From an uncultured Clostridia bacterium (GTDB lineage: Bacteria; Bacillota; Clostridia; Oscillospirales; CAG-272): a stretch of 64,000 nucleotides of DNA. The notes beneath the pieces were generated by a model. It made no database searches. It had not been told where the DNA came from and saw only the letters and a list, made by a program, of their open reading frames with translations. This document shows, piece after piece, positions 1 to 9,980 of this stretch; positions within the stretch are counted from its first letter, which is position 1; the number at the start of each line of letters is the position of its first letter. The position numbers and the translations under genes are program-made. The DNA is taken from contig CANRMP010000001.1 of assembly GCA_947631765.1 (NCBI GenBank), positions 242,766-306,765 on the forward strand, read 5' to 3'.

Positions 1-428
1 ATACTCCCACAGACATCCTCTACGAGTGTATAGGGCAGGTGGAGCAATGCCCGACAAGCAATATATATTTCAGCGAGGCGGAGGCGGGATGCGACGAATA
101 CATTGACGAAGGTCAGCTTAAAAAGCTTTATAACGGCATGTCTCCCGCAAGCCTATCTGTATCGTTCGCACTGCTCTTGTCAAAAGACGACAGTATATAT
201 GAGGTGCATATATACAAGGCAAAGTCACAGCTGAACGCCGAAGAGATAGAAAAAATACTATATCGACGGGTAGAAATGATCCAAAAAAAGGATATTTACC
301 TGTATGATGAGGAAAACTTTGAAAATATAAGCGCCTCGGCAAAGGTTTATAAAAAGGGAAGATACGTTGCGCTGATTATTACCGACAACAACGACTCTTT
401 CGAGAAGGTTATTAAAAAAATGACGTAA
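1..428 (+). CDS. Hypothetical protein, 5'-truncated by window edge (DUF4358-like, tentative)
   Basis: The frame of the 39..428 ORF stays open back to nt 3, so the gene probably begins upstream of the window. No catalytic motif recognised. Family resemblance is from memory only. Confidence 0.4.
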   Translation, partial: TPTDILYECIGQVEQCPTSNIYFSEAEAGCDEYIDEGQLKKLYNGMSPASLSVSFALLLSKDDSIYEVHIYKAKSQLNAEEIEKILYRRVEMIQKKDIYLYDEENFENISASAKVYKKGRYVALIITDNNDSFEKVIKKMT

Positions 429-429
429 T

Positions 430-473
430 AATTCGGGCCGGGAGCGGAAAGGTGTCCGCCCTCAGCCCGAATT
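430..473. terminator. Hairpin between convergent genes (putative bidirectional terminator)
   Basis: Outer stem AATTCGGGC (430-438) / GCCCGAATT (465-473) with an inner GC-rich stem. It lies between the stop of the + ORF (428) and the stop of ftsH (479). Flanking T-runs are weak. Confidence 0.5.
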
Positions 474-478
474 TATTA

Positions 479-2578
479 TCAGTGAGGAATATCTCCGTTG
501 TCGCCGTTCGAACTGTCGGAGTCGTCGGTATTGCCGCCGTCCTCCAAGTGTTCGTGTTCCGCCTCGGAAAGGGTTTTTTCAAGCTCTTTTGCCTTTTCCT
601 CGGCAAGGCGCCGCTCCTCCTCCATTCTTTCGCGGATGCGCTTTTCCTCTTCCTCGTTTTCAAGGCGGTTGCGTCTGAGACGCGCGCTTTCCATCTCTTC
701 AAGCTCCTCGGAGGTGGGATTGCCCTCCATAATGGCTTTGAACTGAGATTCTTCAATGGTTTCGTGGGCGACAAGATAGTTTGCGATAAAGTGAAGCTTG
801 TCGATGTTCTCTTTTAAGATGTTCATTGCCCGCTCATATGCGGCATCAATCAGTTCCTTTATCTCGCAGTCAATAGCGTGTGCCGTTTCGTCGGAATAAT
901 TTGCGGTGTGCGAAAAGTCTCTTCCGAGGAATACCTCGCCCTGTTCGGTTCCGTAAACCACCGGTCCGAGCTTGTCGCTCATACCGAGCTGGGTGATCAT
1001 TTTGCGGGCAATATTTGTAGCCCTTTCGATATCATTTGAGGCTCCGCCCGAGAAATCGTCAAATATCAGGCGTTCTGCGGCTCTTCCGGCAAGCAAAACC
1101 GAAATTCTTTCATTAAGCTCGTTTCTGTATTCGCTGTACTTGTCTTCTTGAGGAAGGTTGAGAGTGTAACCGAGAGCTCTTCCGCTCGGGATTATAGATA
1201 TCTGATGCACGGGGTCCTGAGTGGGGAGCACATATGAGACAATTGCATGTCCCGCCTCGTGATATGCGGTCTTGCGCTTTTCGCTTTCCTTCATCTTCAT
1301 GGACTTTTTCTGTGTACCGACAATAATCTTCATTGTGGCGTCTTCGATTTCATCCATTCCGACAAGCGATTTTTGCCGCCTTGCGGCAAGAAGCGCCGCT
1401 TCATTAAGCAGGTTTGCAAGATCCGCGCCTGTAAAGCCCACGGTGGTCTTTGCCACAACCGACAAATCGACGTCGGATGAGAGCGGTTTGTTTCTTGCGT
1501 GGATGCGAAGTATTTCCTCACGTCCGCGAAGGTCGGGATAATTTACGGTTATCTGCCTGTCAAAACGTCCGGGACGAAGAAGCGCGGGGTCAAGTATATC
1601 GGGGCGGTTTGTTGCCGCCATGACGATAACTCCGTCATTTCCCGAAAATCCGTCCATTTCAACAAGAAGCTGGTTTAAGGTCTGCTCGCGCTCGTCATGT
1701 CCGCCGCCGAGCCCCGCGCCGCGGTGCCGTCCGACTGCGTCTATCTCATCGATAAACACAATACTTGCGGGGTTTTTCCTTGCGGTGTCAAAAAGGTCTC
1801 TGACGCGCGAGGCACCGACGCCGACGTACATTTCGACAAAGTCTGAGCCCGAGATTGAATAGAAGGGAACGCCCGCCTCTCCGGCAACAGCCTTTGCAAG
1901 CAGTGTTTTACCCGTCCCGGGAGGTCCCATAAGCAGTACGCCGTGCGGGATTTTTGCTCCAAGGCGAGTGAACTTTGCGGGGTCCTTAAGAAAATCGACT
2001 ATCTCGACAAGCTCTTCTTTTTCTTCATCCGCACCCGCAACGTCCGAAAAGAGCACTTTCTTCTTATCGTCGGGCGTTGCAATTCTCGCTCTCGATTTGC
2101 CGAATCCCGTGATTCGGTTGGTGTTCTTCGGGGACTGAGAACTGCTTCTTGAGAAGAAAACAATATAAAGCACAATGAGTGCGACGATAAGAATTATATA
2201 AGGCAGAAAAGCAACCCACCAAGGCGTAACATTAGGCTCAATGAGGTCGAATGTGATCTCCTCCAAACCGTTTTCCTTTGCCGTGGCGTTGTAAGCCTTT
2301 ACAAGAGAGTAGCAGTCCTGATAGAAGATCTCTCTGTCTTGCAGTCTGAATTCTATCTGCTTGTTGTCGGTCGTCTCAATGGTCAAAAGATTGTTGCTGT
2401 CAAGCGTGAAGGTTTTGACGCTCGGCTCGTCTGTCCCGATATTTTCAAAGTATTTGACGATATCGTAATACTCCGGCTTTTGAGAGTTGACGTTGCCGAG
2501 TACCGCGGTGAGGACGATAAGCAAAATAACAATCGTTGCTCCCCATGCAAGCAGGTATTTGAAATTTCCTGTTTTCAT
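479..2578 (-). CDS. ftsH: ATP-dependent zinc metalloprotease FtsH
   Basis: N-terminal TM segments. Walker A GPPGTGKT, Walker [33 protein letters not shown], zinc motif HEAGHA. Long Glu/Lys/Arg-rich C-terminal tail. Confidence 0.97.
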   Translation of the reverse strand: MKTGNFKYLLAWGATIVILLIVLTAVLGNVNSQKPEYYDIVKYFENIGTDEPSVKTFTLDSNNLLTIETTDNKQIEFRLQDREIFYQDCYSLVKAYNATAKENGLEEITFDLIEPNVTPWWVAFLPYIILIVALIVLYIVFFSRSSSQSPKNTNRITGFGKSRARIATPDDKKKVLFSDVAGADEEKEELVEIVDFLKDPAKFTRLGAKIPHGVLLMGPPGTGKTLLAKAVAGEAGVPFYSISGSDFVEMYVGVGASRVRDLFDTARKNPASIVFIDEIDAVGRHRGAGLGGGHDEREQTLNQLLVEMDGFSGNDGVIVMAATNRPDILDPALLRPGRFDRQITVNYPDLRGREEILRIHARNKPLSSDVDLSVVAKTTVGFTGADLANLLNEAALLAARRQKSLVGMDEIEDATMKIIVGTQKKSMKMKESEKRKTAYHEAGHAIVSYVLPTQDPVHQISIIPSGRALGYTLNLPQEDKYSEYRNELNERISVLLAGRAAERLIFDDFSGGASNDIERATNIARKMITQLGMSDKLGPVVYGTEQGEVFLGRDFSHTANYSDETAHAIDCEIKELIDAAYERAMNILKENIDKLHFIANYLVAHETIEESQFKAIMEGNPTSEELEEMESARLRRNRLENEEEEKRIRERMEEERRLAEEKAKELEKTLSEAEHEHLEDGGNTDDSDSSNGDNGDIPH

Positions 2579-2661
2579 ATAAATTTCCGATATATCCTTT
2601 CTAAAGGAGAATTGCTCCTGTTTAACTGATACTGCTTAGTTGAATTTTTCTCACCTATGTA

Positions 2662-4047
2662 CTAAGGCAAGGCGTGCTCGCCTTTCATGTAATACAGGTG
2701 ACATATGTTTTTTGTGTGCGCATCGGGGGCGACAAGGTCGCGCACCCCGAATCCCGGAACCCAAACGATGCCTTTTTCGTCGCAAATTACCGGCAGTGTG
2801 GCTCTTTTTGAGAGAGAAAGCTTTTTGCCGTTCATCAGCTTTTTGAGACTGCGCGTCATGCCGCCGTATCTGTACTTATCTCCCTCTTTACGGCTTCTAA
2901 GCGTAAGCTTACCATATATTTTATCAAAGTCGATTGCGGTATATATAAATATTTTGTAAAAATTTTGTTTTGACAAAATGTCTTTGTGTTCATCGTTGCC
3001 ATTAACCGAGATATATAAAACCGAATCGTCTGGCTCAATACGATTTATCCCGTCTACAAGCTCCATAAAATACGGAGCGGGCAAATTCGTCGCGCTGTCC
3101 TTTATGATGAGAAAATTATTGTTCTCTATTTGAGCCTTCATTTTTTGAGGAAGTGAGATCGATGAATTGTTCCTGCCGTTTCTTATAAGCTTTTCCACAG
3201 AATTTATATGGACGTTTTCCATATGACACTTAGTATTCTGTTCAAATTTCATAGAAATAACTCTGTGAAGAATTGGCGTATCAAGCTTTTTTAAAACAGT
3301 TATGTCACTTTCCTGCAAATAATTTTTTGCGATGCTTTCAAGACATATATCATCCTCCAGCGCAATCTGTGTAAAACGCGCGACGTTATGCACAACATTG
3401 CCATTCAGCGCTTCCAAAGAGGGAATTATTTTATGCCTTATATAATTTCTGGAGTACTCGGTATCCGAGTTTGTCGAATCGTAAATATAATCGATACTAT
3501 TTTCTTTTGCGTAGCCTAAAATTTCGTCCTTCGAGCAAAGAAGCAGAGGTCTTACAATGTTGTCTCTTACAGGTGGAATACCGCATATTCCCGAAAGAGA
3601 ACAGCCCCGCGCAAGATTGAAAATCACCGTTTCCAAATTGTCGTTTGCATTGTGCGCCGTCGCAATTTTTTCAATATTATGCGCCTTACAATATTTTTCA
3701 AACGCATCATAGCGGCAATTTCTGGCGCACTCTTCAAGTCCTATGCCCAAAGCTTTTGAAAGAGAGGGCACGTCAATATAAACGCATTCGAAGGGAATAC
3801 TATGCTCCTTTGCAAATTCCTTGCAGAAGTTTTCGTCCCTTGTCGCCTCCTTGCCCCTTATCATGTGGTTGATATGAAGGGCAAAAAGTTCAATCCCTCT
3901 TTTTTTGCATACCTTGTCTAAAATGTAAAGCAGTACGGTTGAATCGGCGCCTCCCGAGAAGGCGGCAAGGATTGACCTTGTGTCAAGCATATTGTGTTTT
4001 TTTGCAAATGCGCAGAATTTTGATTCTACAAGCTTTGTGTAATCCAT
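2662..4047 (-). CDS. tilS: tRNA(Ile)-lysidine synthetase TilS
   Basis: N-type ATP-PPase motif SGGADS (AAFSGGADSTVLL). 461 aa. Positioned between dnaB and ftsH, with only a 2-nt gap after the dnaB stop. Confidence 0.9.
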   Translation of the reverse strand: MDYTKLVESKFCAFAKKHNMLDTRSILAAFSGGADSTVLLYILDKVCKKRGIELFALHINHMIRGKEATRDENFCKEFAKEHSIPFECVYIDVPSLSKALGIGLEECARNCRYDAFEKYCKAHNIEKIATAHNANDNLETVIFNLARGCSLSGICGIPPVRDNIVRPLLLCSKDEILGYAKENSIDYIYDSTNSDTEYSRNYIRHKIIPSLEALNGNVVHNVARFTQIALEDDICLESIAKNYLQESDITVLKKLDTPILHRVISMKFEQNTKCHMENVHINSVEKLIRNGRNNSSISLPQKMKAQIENNNFLIIKDSATNLPAPYFMELVDGINRIEPDDSVLYISVNGNDEHKDILSKQNFYKIFIYTAIDFDKIYGKLTLRSRKEGDKYRYGGMTRSLKKLMNGKKLSLSKRATLPVICDEKGIVWVPGFGVRDLVAPDAHTKNICHLYYMKGEHALP

Positions 4048-4049
4048 GC

Positions 4050-5387
4050 TTAATTTGAAGGCTCCTTTTCGGAACGGGTGGAGAATTTCGTGAACTGACC
4101 GAACCAGTTCATTTCTATCTTTCCTGTGCTTCCGTGCCTGTTTTTCGCAATAATCACCTCTGCCAGATTCTGATTTGAGGTATCGTCCTTATAATATTCA
4201 TCGCGGTAGAGAAACATTACAATGTCCGCGTCCTGCTCAATGGCACCCGAGTCACGAAGGTCGGAGAGCATCGGGCGCTTGTCGGTTCTCGATTCGGGAC
4301 CTCTGGACAGCTGGGCACAGCATATGACCGGAACTCGCAGCTCCTTTGCCATGATTTTTAAGTTTCTCGAAATATCGGCAACCTCCTGCACCCTGTTGTT
4401 TTCGTTTCGCCTGTCGCTCTGCATAAGCTGGAGGTAGTCTATTATGACAAGTCCCAAATTTTTCATTCTTCTGAGCTTTGCCTTCATGCCCGTAACGGTT
4501 ATACCCGTGGTATCGTCGATATAGATATCGCATTCGGAGAGATAAGAAGAGGCGTTTGCAAGCTTGTTCCAGTCCTCCGCGGTGAGCATACCGTTTCGCA
4601 TTACGGTGCTTTCAATCAGCGCTTCGCTTGAGAGCATACGGGAAACAAGCTGCTCCTTTGACATTTCAAGAGAAAAAATGCATACCTGCTTTCCGCTTTT
4701 GTGTGCCACGTTGGTGGCTATATTGAGCGCAAAGCTTGTCTTACCCATACCGGGGCGCGCGCCTATTAAAATGAGATCGCTTTTGCCCATTCCGACAAGC
4801 AGCTTGTCGATTCCCGAAAATCCGGTTGGAACGCCGATAGCCTCGGTGGGATTGTCGGCAACCGCTTTTATTTGACGGTATGTTTCGATTATTACCGTTC
4901 GAATGTGAGTGAAATCATTTTGCTGTTTGTTTTGCGCTATTTCAAAGATTCTGCTTTCCGCGCTGTCTACAATAAATGAAGCGTCCTCGGCTTCCGCAAA
5001 GGCGTCGTCTGTGATTTTTCCGCAGACCTCGATAAGCTTTCTCAGCAGACTTTTGTTTTTGACTATTTGCGCGTAGTCCTTAATATTCTCGGCGGACGGA
5101 ACTACCTCGGCAATCACTCTGATATAGTTTTTTGCCTGCTCTATGTCGTATACTCCCTCTTTGACAAGAGCATCCATGAGTATAACGGGGTCTATTTCCT
5201 TGCTCTGCAAAAAGAGCTTCTGCATGGCAGTGTATATTTCCTGATGCTCGGTGAGATAAAAATCCTCGTAATCGATTATTGAGGATATTTCCCCGAACTT
5301 TTCGGGGTCTATAAGGATTGAGCCGAGAACAGACTGTTCCGCTTCAAGAGAAAAGGGAAGCTTTCTTGTTATCAAATCGTTAGGCAT
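4050..5387 (-). CDS. dnaB: Replicative DNA helicase DnaB
   Basis: 445 aa. N-terminal 'PFSLEAEQSVLGSIL' signature, Walker A GARPGMGKTSFAL, IIDYLQLM motif. Conserved rplI-dnaB linkage. Confidence 0.95.
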   Translation of the reverse strand: MPNDLITRKLPFSLEAEQSVLGSILIDPEKFGEISSIIDYEDFYLTEHQEIYTAMQKLFLQSKEIDPVILMDALVKEGVYDIEQAKNYIRVIAEVVPSAENIKDYAQIVKNKSLLRKLIEVCGKITDDAFAEAEDASFIVDSAESRIFEIAQNKQQNDFTHIRTVIIETYRQIKAVADNPTEAIGVPTGFSGIDKLLVGMGKSDLILIGARPGMGKTSFALNIATNVAHKSGKQVCIFSLEMSKEQLVSRMLSSEALIESTVMRNGMLTAEDWNKLANASSYLSECDIYIDDTTGITVTGMKAKLRRMKNLGLVIIDYLQLMQSDRRNENNRVQEVADISRNLKIMAKELRVPVICCAQLSRGPESRTDKRPMLSDLRDSGAIEQDADIVMFLYRDEYYKDDTSNQNLAEVIIAKNRHGSTGKIEMNWFGQFTKFSTRSEKEPSN

Positions 5388-5436
5388 GTGATGATTTTAC
5401 CCGTCCTTTTCAGTTTTGAACAATAACAAAAATTTC

Positions 5437-5883
5437 TTATTTTCCTTTTACCGTAACGTGAAGCTTTCCGACAACCTCCGGATAAAGCTTTACGTCAAGT
5501 GTATAGTCGCCGAAGGCTTTTATCGGCTTATCAAGAACTATTTTGCGCTTGTCAAGCGTGATGTTAAAATCACTCTCAAGCTTGTCGGCAATTTCCTTTG
5601 CGGTGACCGAGCCGTAAAGCTTTCCGTCTCCACCTGAGGTAAGCTCGATAACAATAACCTTTTCGGAGAGAAATGCGGCAAGCTCGCCTGCTTTTTTCTT
5701 CTCCTCGTCATCATGGTGGCGCTTTGCCGCCTCTTTGTTTTTTAGGTCGTTCATTATTGAGGAACTCGCCTCAACGGCAAGCCCCCTCGGAATGAGATAA
5801 TTTCTCGCGTATCCGTCGGATACGTCGATAACCTCGCCCTTCCTTCCCTGATTTTTCACGTCTTTTAAAAGTATAAGCTTCAT
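5437..5883 (-). CDS. rplI: 50S ribosomal protein L9
   Basis: 148 aa. 'MKLILLKDVKNQGRKGEVIDVSDGYARNYLIPRGLA' is the canonical L9 N-terminus. Confidence 0.95.
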   Translation of the reverse strand: MKLILLKDVKNQGRKGEVIDVSDGYARNYLIPRGLAVEASSSIMNDLKNKEAAKRHHDDEEKKKAGELAAFLSEKVIVIELTSGGDGKLYGSVTAKEIADKLESDFNITLDKRKIVLDKPIKAFGDYTLDVKLYPEVVGKLHVTVKGK

Positions 5884-5940
5884 AGTTTAATAATAATCCT
5901 TTCGGTTGATAGGTAATTGTTTTGTGACTTTATAGGTTTT

Positions 5941-7971
5941 TTAGTCTTTTTCTTCGTCCTGAGCCTTTGAGTCGATATCAAGGTATGTGTCTATCGATTC
6001 CTTGAGCATGACCATGGCGCGCTCGAGCGGAACGTCAGCAAGCATTGTGGCAGCCGCGTCATAGTGACCGCCGCCCTTGAGCCTTTCAAGAATTATCTGA
6101 ACGTTTATTTTTCCGGTTGAACGCGCGGATATTCTCACGTTGTTGTCTATTTGCAAAAGCACAAAGGACGCCTCGATATTTTCGATTGTCAGCAGCTTAT
6201 CGGCAAATTTTGCGGCTGCAATACTGTCAGCCATCGTGTTGTCGTTTTCGTTGTTTACCGAAATCACTATCTTTTCTCTGTAAACCTTTATCTGCTTTTG
6301 GAACCTGTTTTCTCTTAGCAGCTCGTCAAGAGAGGTTTTGAACAGCTCCTGCGCCGCCATCGGATTTGCTCCGACGCTTCTTAAATAATTGGCTGAGGTA
6401 AAGGTTCTTGTTCCGGTATTCAAAGAGAAGCGCTTTGTGTCAAGGAGTATTCCTGCGTACATGAGATTCGCTTCCTGAACCGTAAGCTTTCCGACCGACA
6501 GGGAGTTTTCAAGTATCTCGGCAATAAGCTCGCAGGTCGAGGATGCGGACGGCTCAATGTAGTAAAGCACGGGAGAAACGTCAAATTCATTGGTTATTCT
6601 GTGATGGTCGATATAAACCACGCGGCTTACGTTCTTTGCAATCTCCGGAGCCTCAAACTGAGAGGGGTTATTCACGTCGACGATTATAAGAAGCGTGTCG
6701 GAGGAAATGTAGTCCTGAGCGTCCACCGCCGAAACAAACATATCGTCATAGGCGGAAAGGGAGGAGAGCATTTCAAAACATTTTTGCAGGTTTTTGTTGT
6801 TCCTGTCAACCACAATATTGCACTTGATTCCGCAGAACAGGCAAAGCCGCGCCACTCCGGCACATGCGCCGATGCTGTCAAAGTCGGGATTCCTGTGTCC
6901 CATGATAAGTACATTGGGGCTTTTTGTGATAACCGACATCAGCGCCTGAGCTATGGTTCTTGATTTGACGGTCGAACGCTTTTGAGAGCCCTTTACTATT
7001 CCGCCGAAGAACATGACATTCGACTCGGTTTTTACAACCGCCTGGTCGCCACCCCGCCCGAGCGCCACCTCAAGCGCCGCCTGGGCGTTTTTCTCACGCT
7101 CCTGCAGGGTCGAGCCGATGTTTGAGGTTCCTATTGATACGGTGAGGGAAAGCAGGTTTACACCGACTTTTATCGCGCGTATCTTTTCGAGAATTTCAAA
7201 TTTATTGTCTATAAATTCGTCCAAGAACTTTGCTCTGTAAATAAGGATGTATTTGTTGTTCTCATATCTTTTTATAACTCCGCCGAATTCCGTTACCCAA
7301 TCGATAAGTATTCTGTCTACCTCCGCCGCAGCGTTTCCGAAGTTTTCCTGCTCTATTTGGAGCAGCTCTTCAAGGTTGTCTATAACTATAAGCGCGACAA
7401 GCGCGTCATTGTCCGACTGGGTTTTTCGAAGCATTTCAAGGTCGGTGACGTCATACCAAACGGTAATGAACATGTTTGACGCGTCGGGCGAGGCGACGCT
7501 TCCTCTTACCAGATATTTTTTGTCGGCAACATCGGACATCAGTCCGTCGTTTCCGCTTTGCATGAGCTTGTCTATGCCAAAGCCGGCAAGGACCGAGAGC
7601 TTTTTGGTTTTAAGTCCCGCCTCATCGAGCATACGGGCAAAAGCCTTGTTGTAAAGCCTTATAATACCGTGCATGTCGCAGACCGCGAAGGGAACGCTCA
7701 AGTTGTTGTACAGTCCGGCGTTTATATCTTTATTGAATTGCTTTTCGATGTTGGTTTCCGACCTTTTGAAATAAACGTAGTTTATTATCACATGCGCCAA
7801 AAGCGTGCAGAGAAGATACAGCACGATGACAAAAATCACGGTAAACGTGTTCTTTGAGCTTTCGGGACCGACGACTGCGGCAAGAATGAAAAAGAATATT
7901 ATTGAAAACAGCATTGTTATAAGCAGTTTCAAGCTGTGGTGAGATAACACTTTGCCGGTGGTCTTTTTCAT
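5941..7971 (-). CDS. gdpP: GdpP-like DHH/DHHA1 phosphoesterase (c-di-AMP phosphodiesterase family)
   Basis: Two N-terminal TM helices and a central PAS/degenerate GGDEF-like region. DHH motifs 'GHRNPDFDSIGA' and 'IDHHR', DHHA1 'GGGH'. Firmicute synteny gdpP-rplI-dnaB. Confidence 0.85.
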   Translation of the reverse strand: MKKTTGKVLSHHSLKLLITMLFSIIFFFILAAVVGPESSKNTFTVIFVIVLYLLCTLLAHVIINYVYFKRSETNIEKQFNKDINAGLYNNLSVPFAVCDMHGIIRLYNKAFARMLDEAGLKTKKLSVLAGFGIDKLMQSGNDGLMSDVADKKYLVRGSVASPDASNMFITVWYDVTDLEMLRKTQSDNDALVALIVIDNLEELLQIEQENFGNAAAEVDRILIDWVTEFGGVIKRYENNKYILIYRAKFLDEFIDNKFEILEKIRAIKVGVNLLSLTVSIGTSNIGSTLQEREKNAQAALEVALGRGGDQAVVKTESNVMFFGGIVKGSQKRSTVKSRTIAQALMSVITKSPNVLIMGHRNPDFDSIGACAGVARLCLFCGIKCNIVVDRNNKNLQKCFEMLSSLSAYDDMFVSAVDAQDYISSDTLLIIVDVNNPSQFEAPEIAKNVSRVVYIDHHRITNEFDVSPVLYYIEPSASSTCELIAEILENSLSVGKLTVQEANLMYAGILLDTKRFSLNTGTRTFTSANYLRSVGANPMAAQELFKTSLDELLRENRFQKQIKVYREKIVISVNNENDNTMADSIAAAKFADKLLTIENIEASFVLLQIDNNVRISARSTGKINVQIILERLKGGGHYDAAATMLADVPLERAMVMLKESIDTYLDIDSKAQDEEKD

Positions 7972-8020
7972 GAGTTGTCATTTCCTTTCATGCTTATGTA
8001 GAAAGATATTTCGGAATATA

Positions 8021-8049
8021 TTGACATCCGAGGTGAAGTTGTGTATAAT
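8021..8049 (+). promoter_or_regulatory. Sigma-A-type promoter candidate for the flavin reductase gene
   Basis: TTGACA (8021-8026), 17-nt spacer, TATAAT (8044-8049), about 90 nt upstream of the ATG at 8139. Confidence 0.45.
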
Positions 8050-8138
8050 TTATATTATAATCATAAAGATCAAATAAGTATATAGTTTTTATGATTGTTA
8101 ACATAAAATTTACCTAAATGCGGAGGTTGCTCTAATTT

Positions 8139-8657
8139 ATGAAAGAATTTATTAAGAAAAATCCCGAAGAGATTAGCTTTAACGTGTTTGAAGAGGTGGG
8201 TAAAAAGTGGCTTCTTGTCACAACCTTCGATAAGGAAAAGGGCAGGGCAAACGCAATGACCGCAAGCTGGGGATGCGCCGGCATACTTTGGAACAAGCCC
8301 GTCTGCGTGCTTTTTATCAGACCCACAAGGCACACCTTTAAGCTTATTGAGGAAAACGAATGTCTCAGCGTCAATATACTTAAGGATAAATATAAGGACG
8401 CGCACAAAATATGCGGAACTCTGAGCGGACGTGACATCGACAAAATTGCAAAAACCGGGCTTACCCCTGTCAATATCGACTCTCTTACCGCCTTCGAGCA
8501 GTCTGAAAGAGTACTCACTCTTAAAAAGCTCTACGCCGACGACCTTAAAGAGAACTCCTTTATTGACAAAACGCTTCTTGCAAATTACAAAAGCAACGAT
8601 TATCACAGAATGTACGTCTGCGAGATAACCGGAATGTACGAGGCAAAGGAAAATTAA
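8139..8657 (+). CDS. Flavin reductase-like (FMN-binding split-barrel) protein
   Basis: 172 aa. 'LLVTTFDKEKGRANAMTASW' matches the flavin_reduct pattern (VTT..G..N.MT.SW). Confidence 0.7.
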   Translation: MKEFIKKNPEEISFNVFEEVGKKWLLVTTFDKEKGRANAMTASWGCAGILWNKPVCVLFIRPTRHTFKLIEENECLSVNILKDKYKDAHKICGTLSGRDIDKIAKTGLTPVNIDSLTAFEQSERVLTLKKLYADDLKENSFIDKTLLANYKSNDYHRMYVCEITGMYEAKEN

Positions 8658-8736
8658 CAATAAATTAACTTTTTTGCAGTGACGCTGTGTTATAATCCTT
8701 TATTATAACGTGAAAGAGTATTTGAGACAATAAATA

Positions 8737-9243
8737 ATGAAGGAGTTTCTCGAAGCGGGTGTTGTCGTGAACACTCACGGCGTTCACGGCGACCTGAAAA
8801 TAAAGAATTACTGCGACAGCTCAAGGGTCTTCACCTCACTTAAGACCCTCTATATTTTAAAGGGCGGCGAGTATATCCCGTTTAAATGTACAAAGAGCGC
8901 GTCTTTGGGGCAGGATATGATGCTTGTGCACCTTGAGGGGTGCGCCACCGTCGAGTGTGCGGTAAAATACAAAAACCTCCTTTTGTACGCCAAAAGAGAG
9001 GATATTCCGGTAAAAGAGGGGTATTTCTTTATAGCGGATATCATAGGGCTTCCCGTCATAGACAATGCGACAGGCAGAGTGTACGGCAAGGTTACCGACG
9101 TTTTTAATCAGGGCGCGCAGGACCTTTATGAGGTTGAAAAAGAGGATAAGACAAAAGGACTTATTCCGGCGGTTCCCGAATTTATCAACAGAATCGATAT
9201 TAACAGCGGCGTTTACGTTACGCTGATTGACGGGCTTTTGTAA
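8737..9243 (+). CDS. rimM: 16S rRNA processing protein RimM
   Basis: 168 aa. N-terminal 'GVVVNTHGVHGDLKIK' and C-terminal PRC-barrel-like region. Immediately upstream of trmD. Confidence 0.9.
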   Translation: MKEFLEAGVVVNTHGVHGDLKIKNYCDSSRVFTSLKTLYILKGGEYIPFKCTKSASLGQDMMLVHLEGCATVECAVKYKNLLLYAKREDIPVKEGYFFIADIIGLPVIDNATGRVYGKVTDVFNQGAQDLYEVEKEDKTKGLIPAVPEFINRIDINSGVYVTLIDGLL

Positions 9244-9254
9244 TGAGAAACCAT

Positions 9255-9929
9255 ATGCGATTTGACGTCATGACCCTTTTTCCCGCGCTTGTTGACAGTA
9301 TCACAAACGAAAGTATAATAGGCAGAGCCAAAAGGGCGGGAATAATTGAGGTTGTTTGCCACGATATAAGAGATTACTCCGCCGATAAGCACCGCCGAGT
9401 TGACGACACGCCGTACGGCGGAGGGCGGGGAATGCTCATGAGCGCGCCCCCGATATATCGGTGCTATGAAGATATAAAAAAGATTGCTTCGGGAAAAAGT
9501 CTTTGCATTTTCATGTCCCCGAAAGGGAAGATACTAAACGAGAAAACCGTGAAGATATTGTCTTCATGCGACAGTTTAATATTGCTTTGCGGTCACTATG
9601 AGGGAGTCGACCGAAGAGTTATAGACAAAATTGCCGATATGGAAATATCGGTAGGGGACTATATTCTCACCGGGGGAGAGCTTCCCGCGTGCATACTTAT
9701 CGACTCTGTTTCCCGCCTTATTGACGGCGTGCTCTCCGAGCCCGAGTGCTATGAAAACGAAAGCATAGCGAGCGGCGCGCTCGAGTATCCTCAATATACA
9801 AGGCCGTATGATTTTATGGGCGACAAGGTCCCCGACGTGCTGCTTTCGGGAAATCATGAGGATATCGAAAAGTGGCGAAAGGAAGAGGCGCTTCGCCTTA
9901 CGATGAAGAACAGACCCGATCTTTTGTAA
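9255..9929 (+). CDS. trmD: tRNA (guanine37-N1)-methyltransferase TrmD
   Basis: Canonical N-terminus 'MRFDVMTLFP' begins at ATG 9255 (the track ORF starts 12 nt earlier). 'YGGGRGMLM' and 'CGHYEGVDRRV' motifs. Confidence 0.93.
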   Translation: MRFDVMTLFPALVDSITNESIIGRAKRAGIIEVVCHDIRDYSADKHRRVDDTPYGGGRGMLMSAPPIYRCYEDIKKIASGKSLCIFMSPKGKILNEKTVKILSSCDSLILLCGHYEGVDRRVIDKIADMEISVGDYILTGGELPACILIDSVSRLIDGVLSEPECYENESIASGALEYPQYTRPYDFMGDKVPDVLLSGNHEDIEKWRKEEALRLTMKNRPDLL

Positions 9930-9980
9930 AATATATATAAAGTGTAAAGAAAAAAACGAAAAACGGTAAAGGAGGGCGTT

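Noticed and set aside
498-817. Ser-rich and Leu/Phe-rich + strand ORFs near the window start
   Set aside because: They are antisense to the Glu/Lys-rich C-terminal tail of FtsH. The repetitive GAA/GAG codons generate open antisense frames.
7972-8138. The strand-switch region (minus-strand genes to the left, 21 kb of plus-strand genes to the right) as a replication origin
   Set aside because: I saw no cluster of DnaA boxes (TTATCCACA-like), and neither dnaA nor dnaN is nearby. A simple divergent promoter region explains it.
8070-8660. 196-aa minus-strand ORF, plus the nested 8132..8518 ORF
   Set aside because: It is antisense to the flavin reductase gene, which has a recognisable family motif, a promoter and an SD. 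No motif was found in the antisense product.
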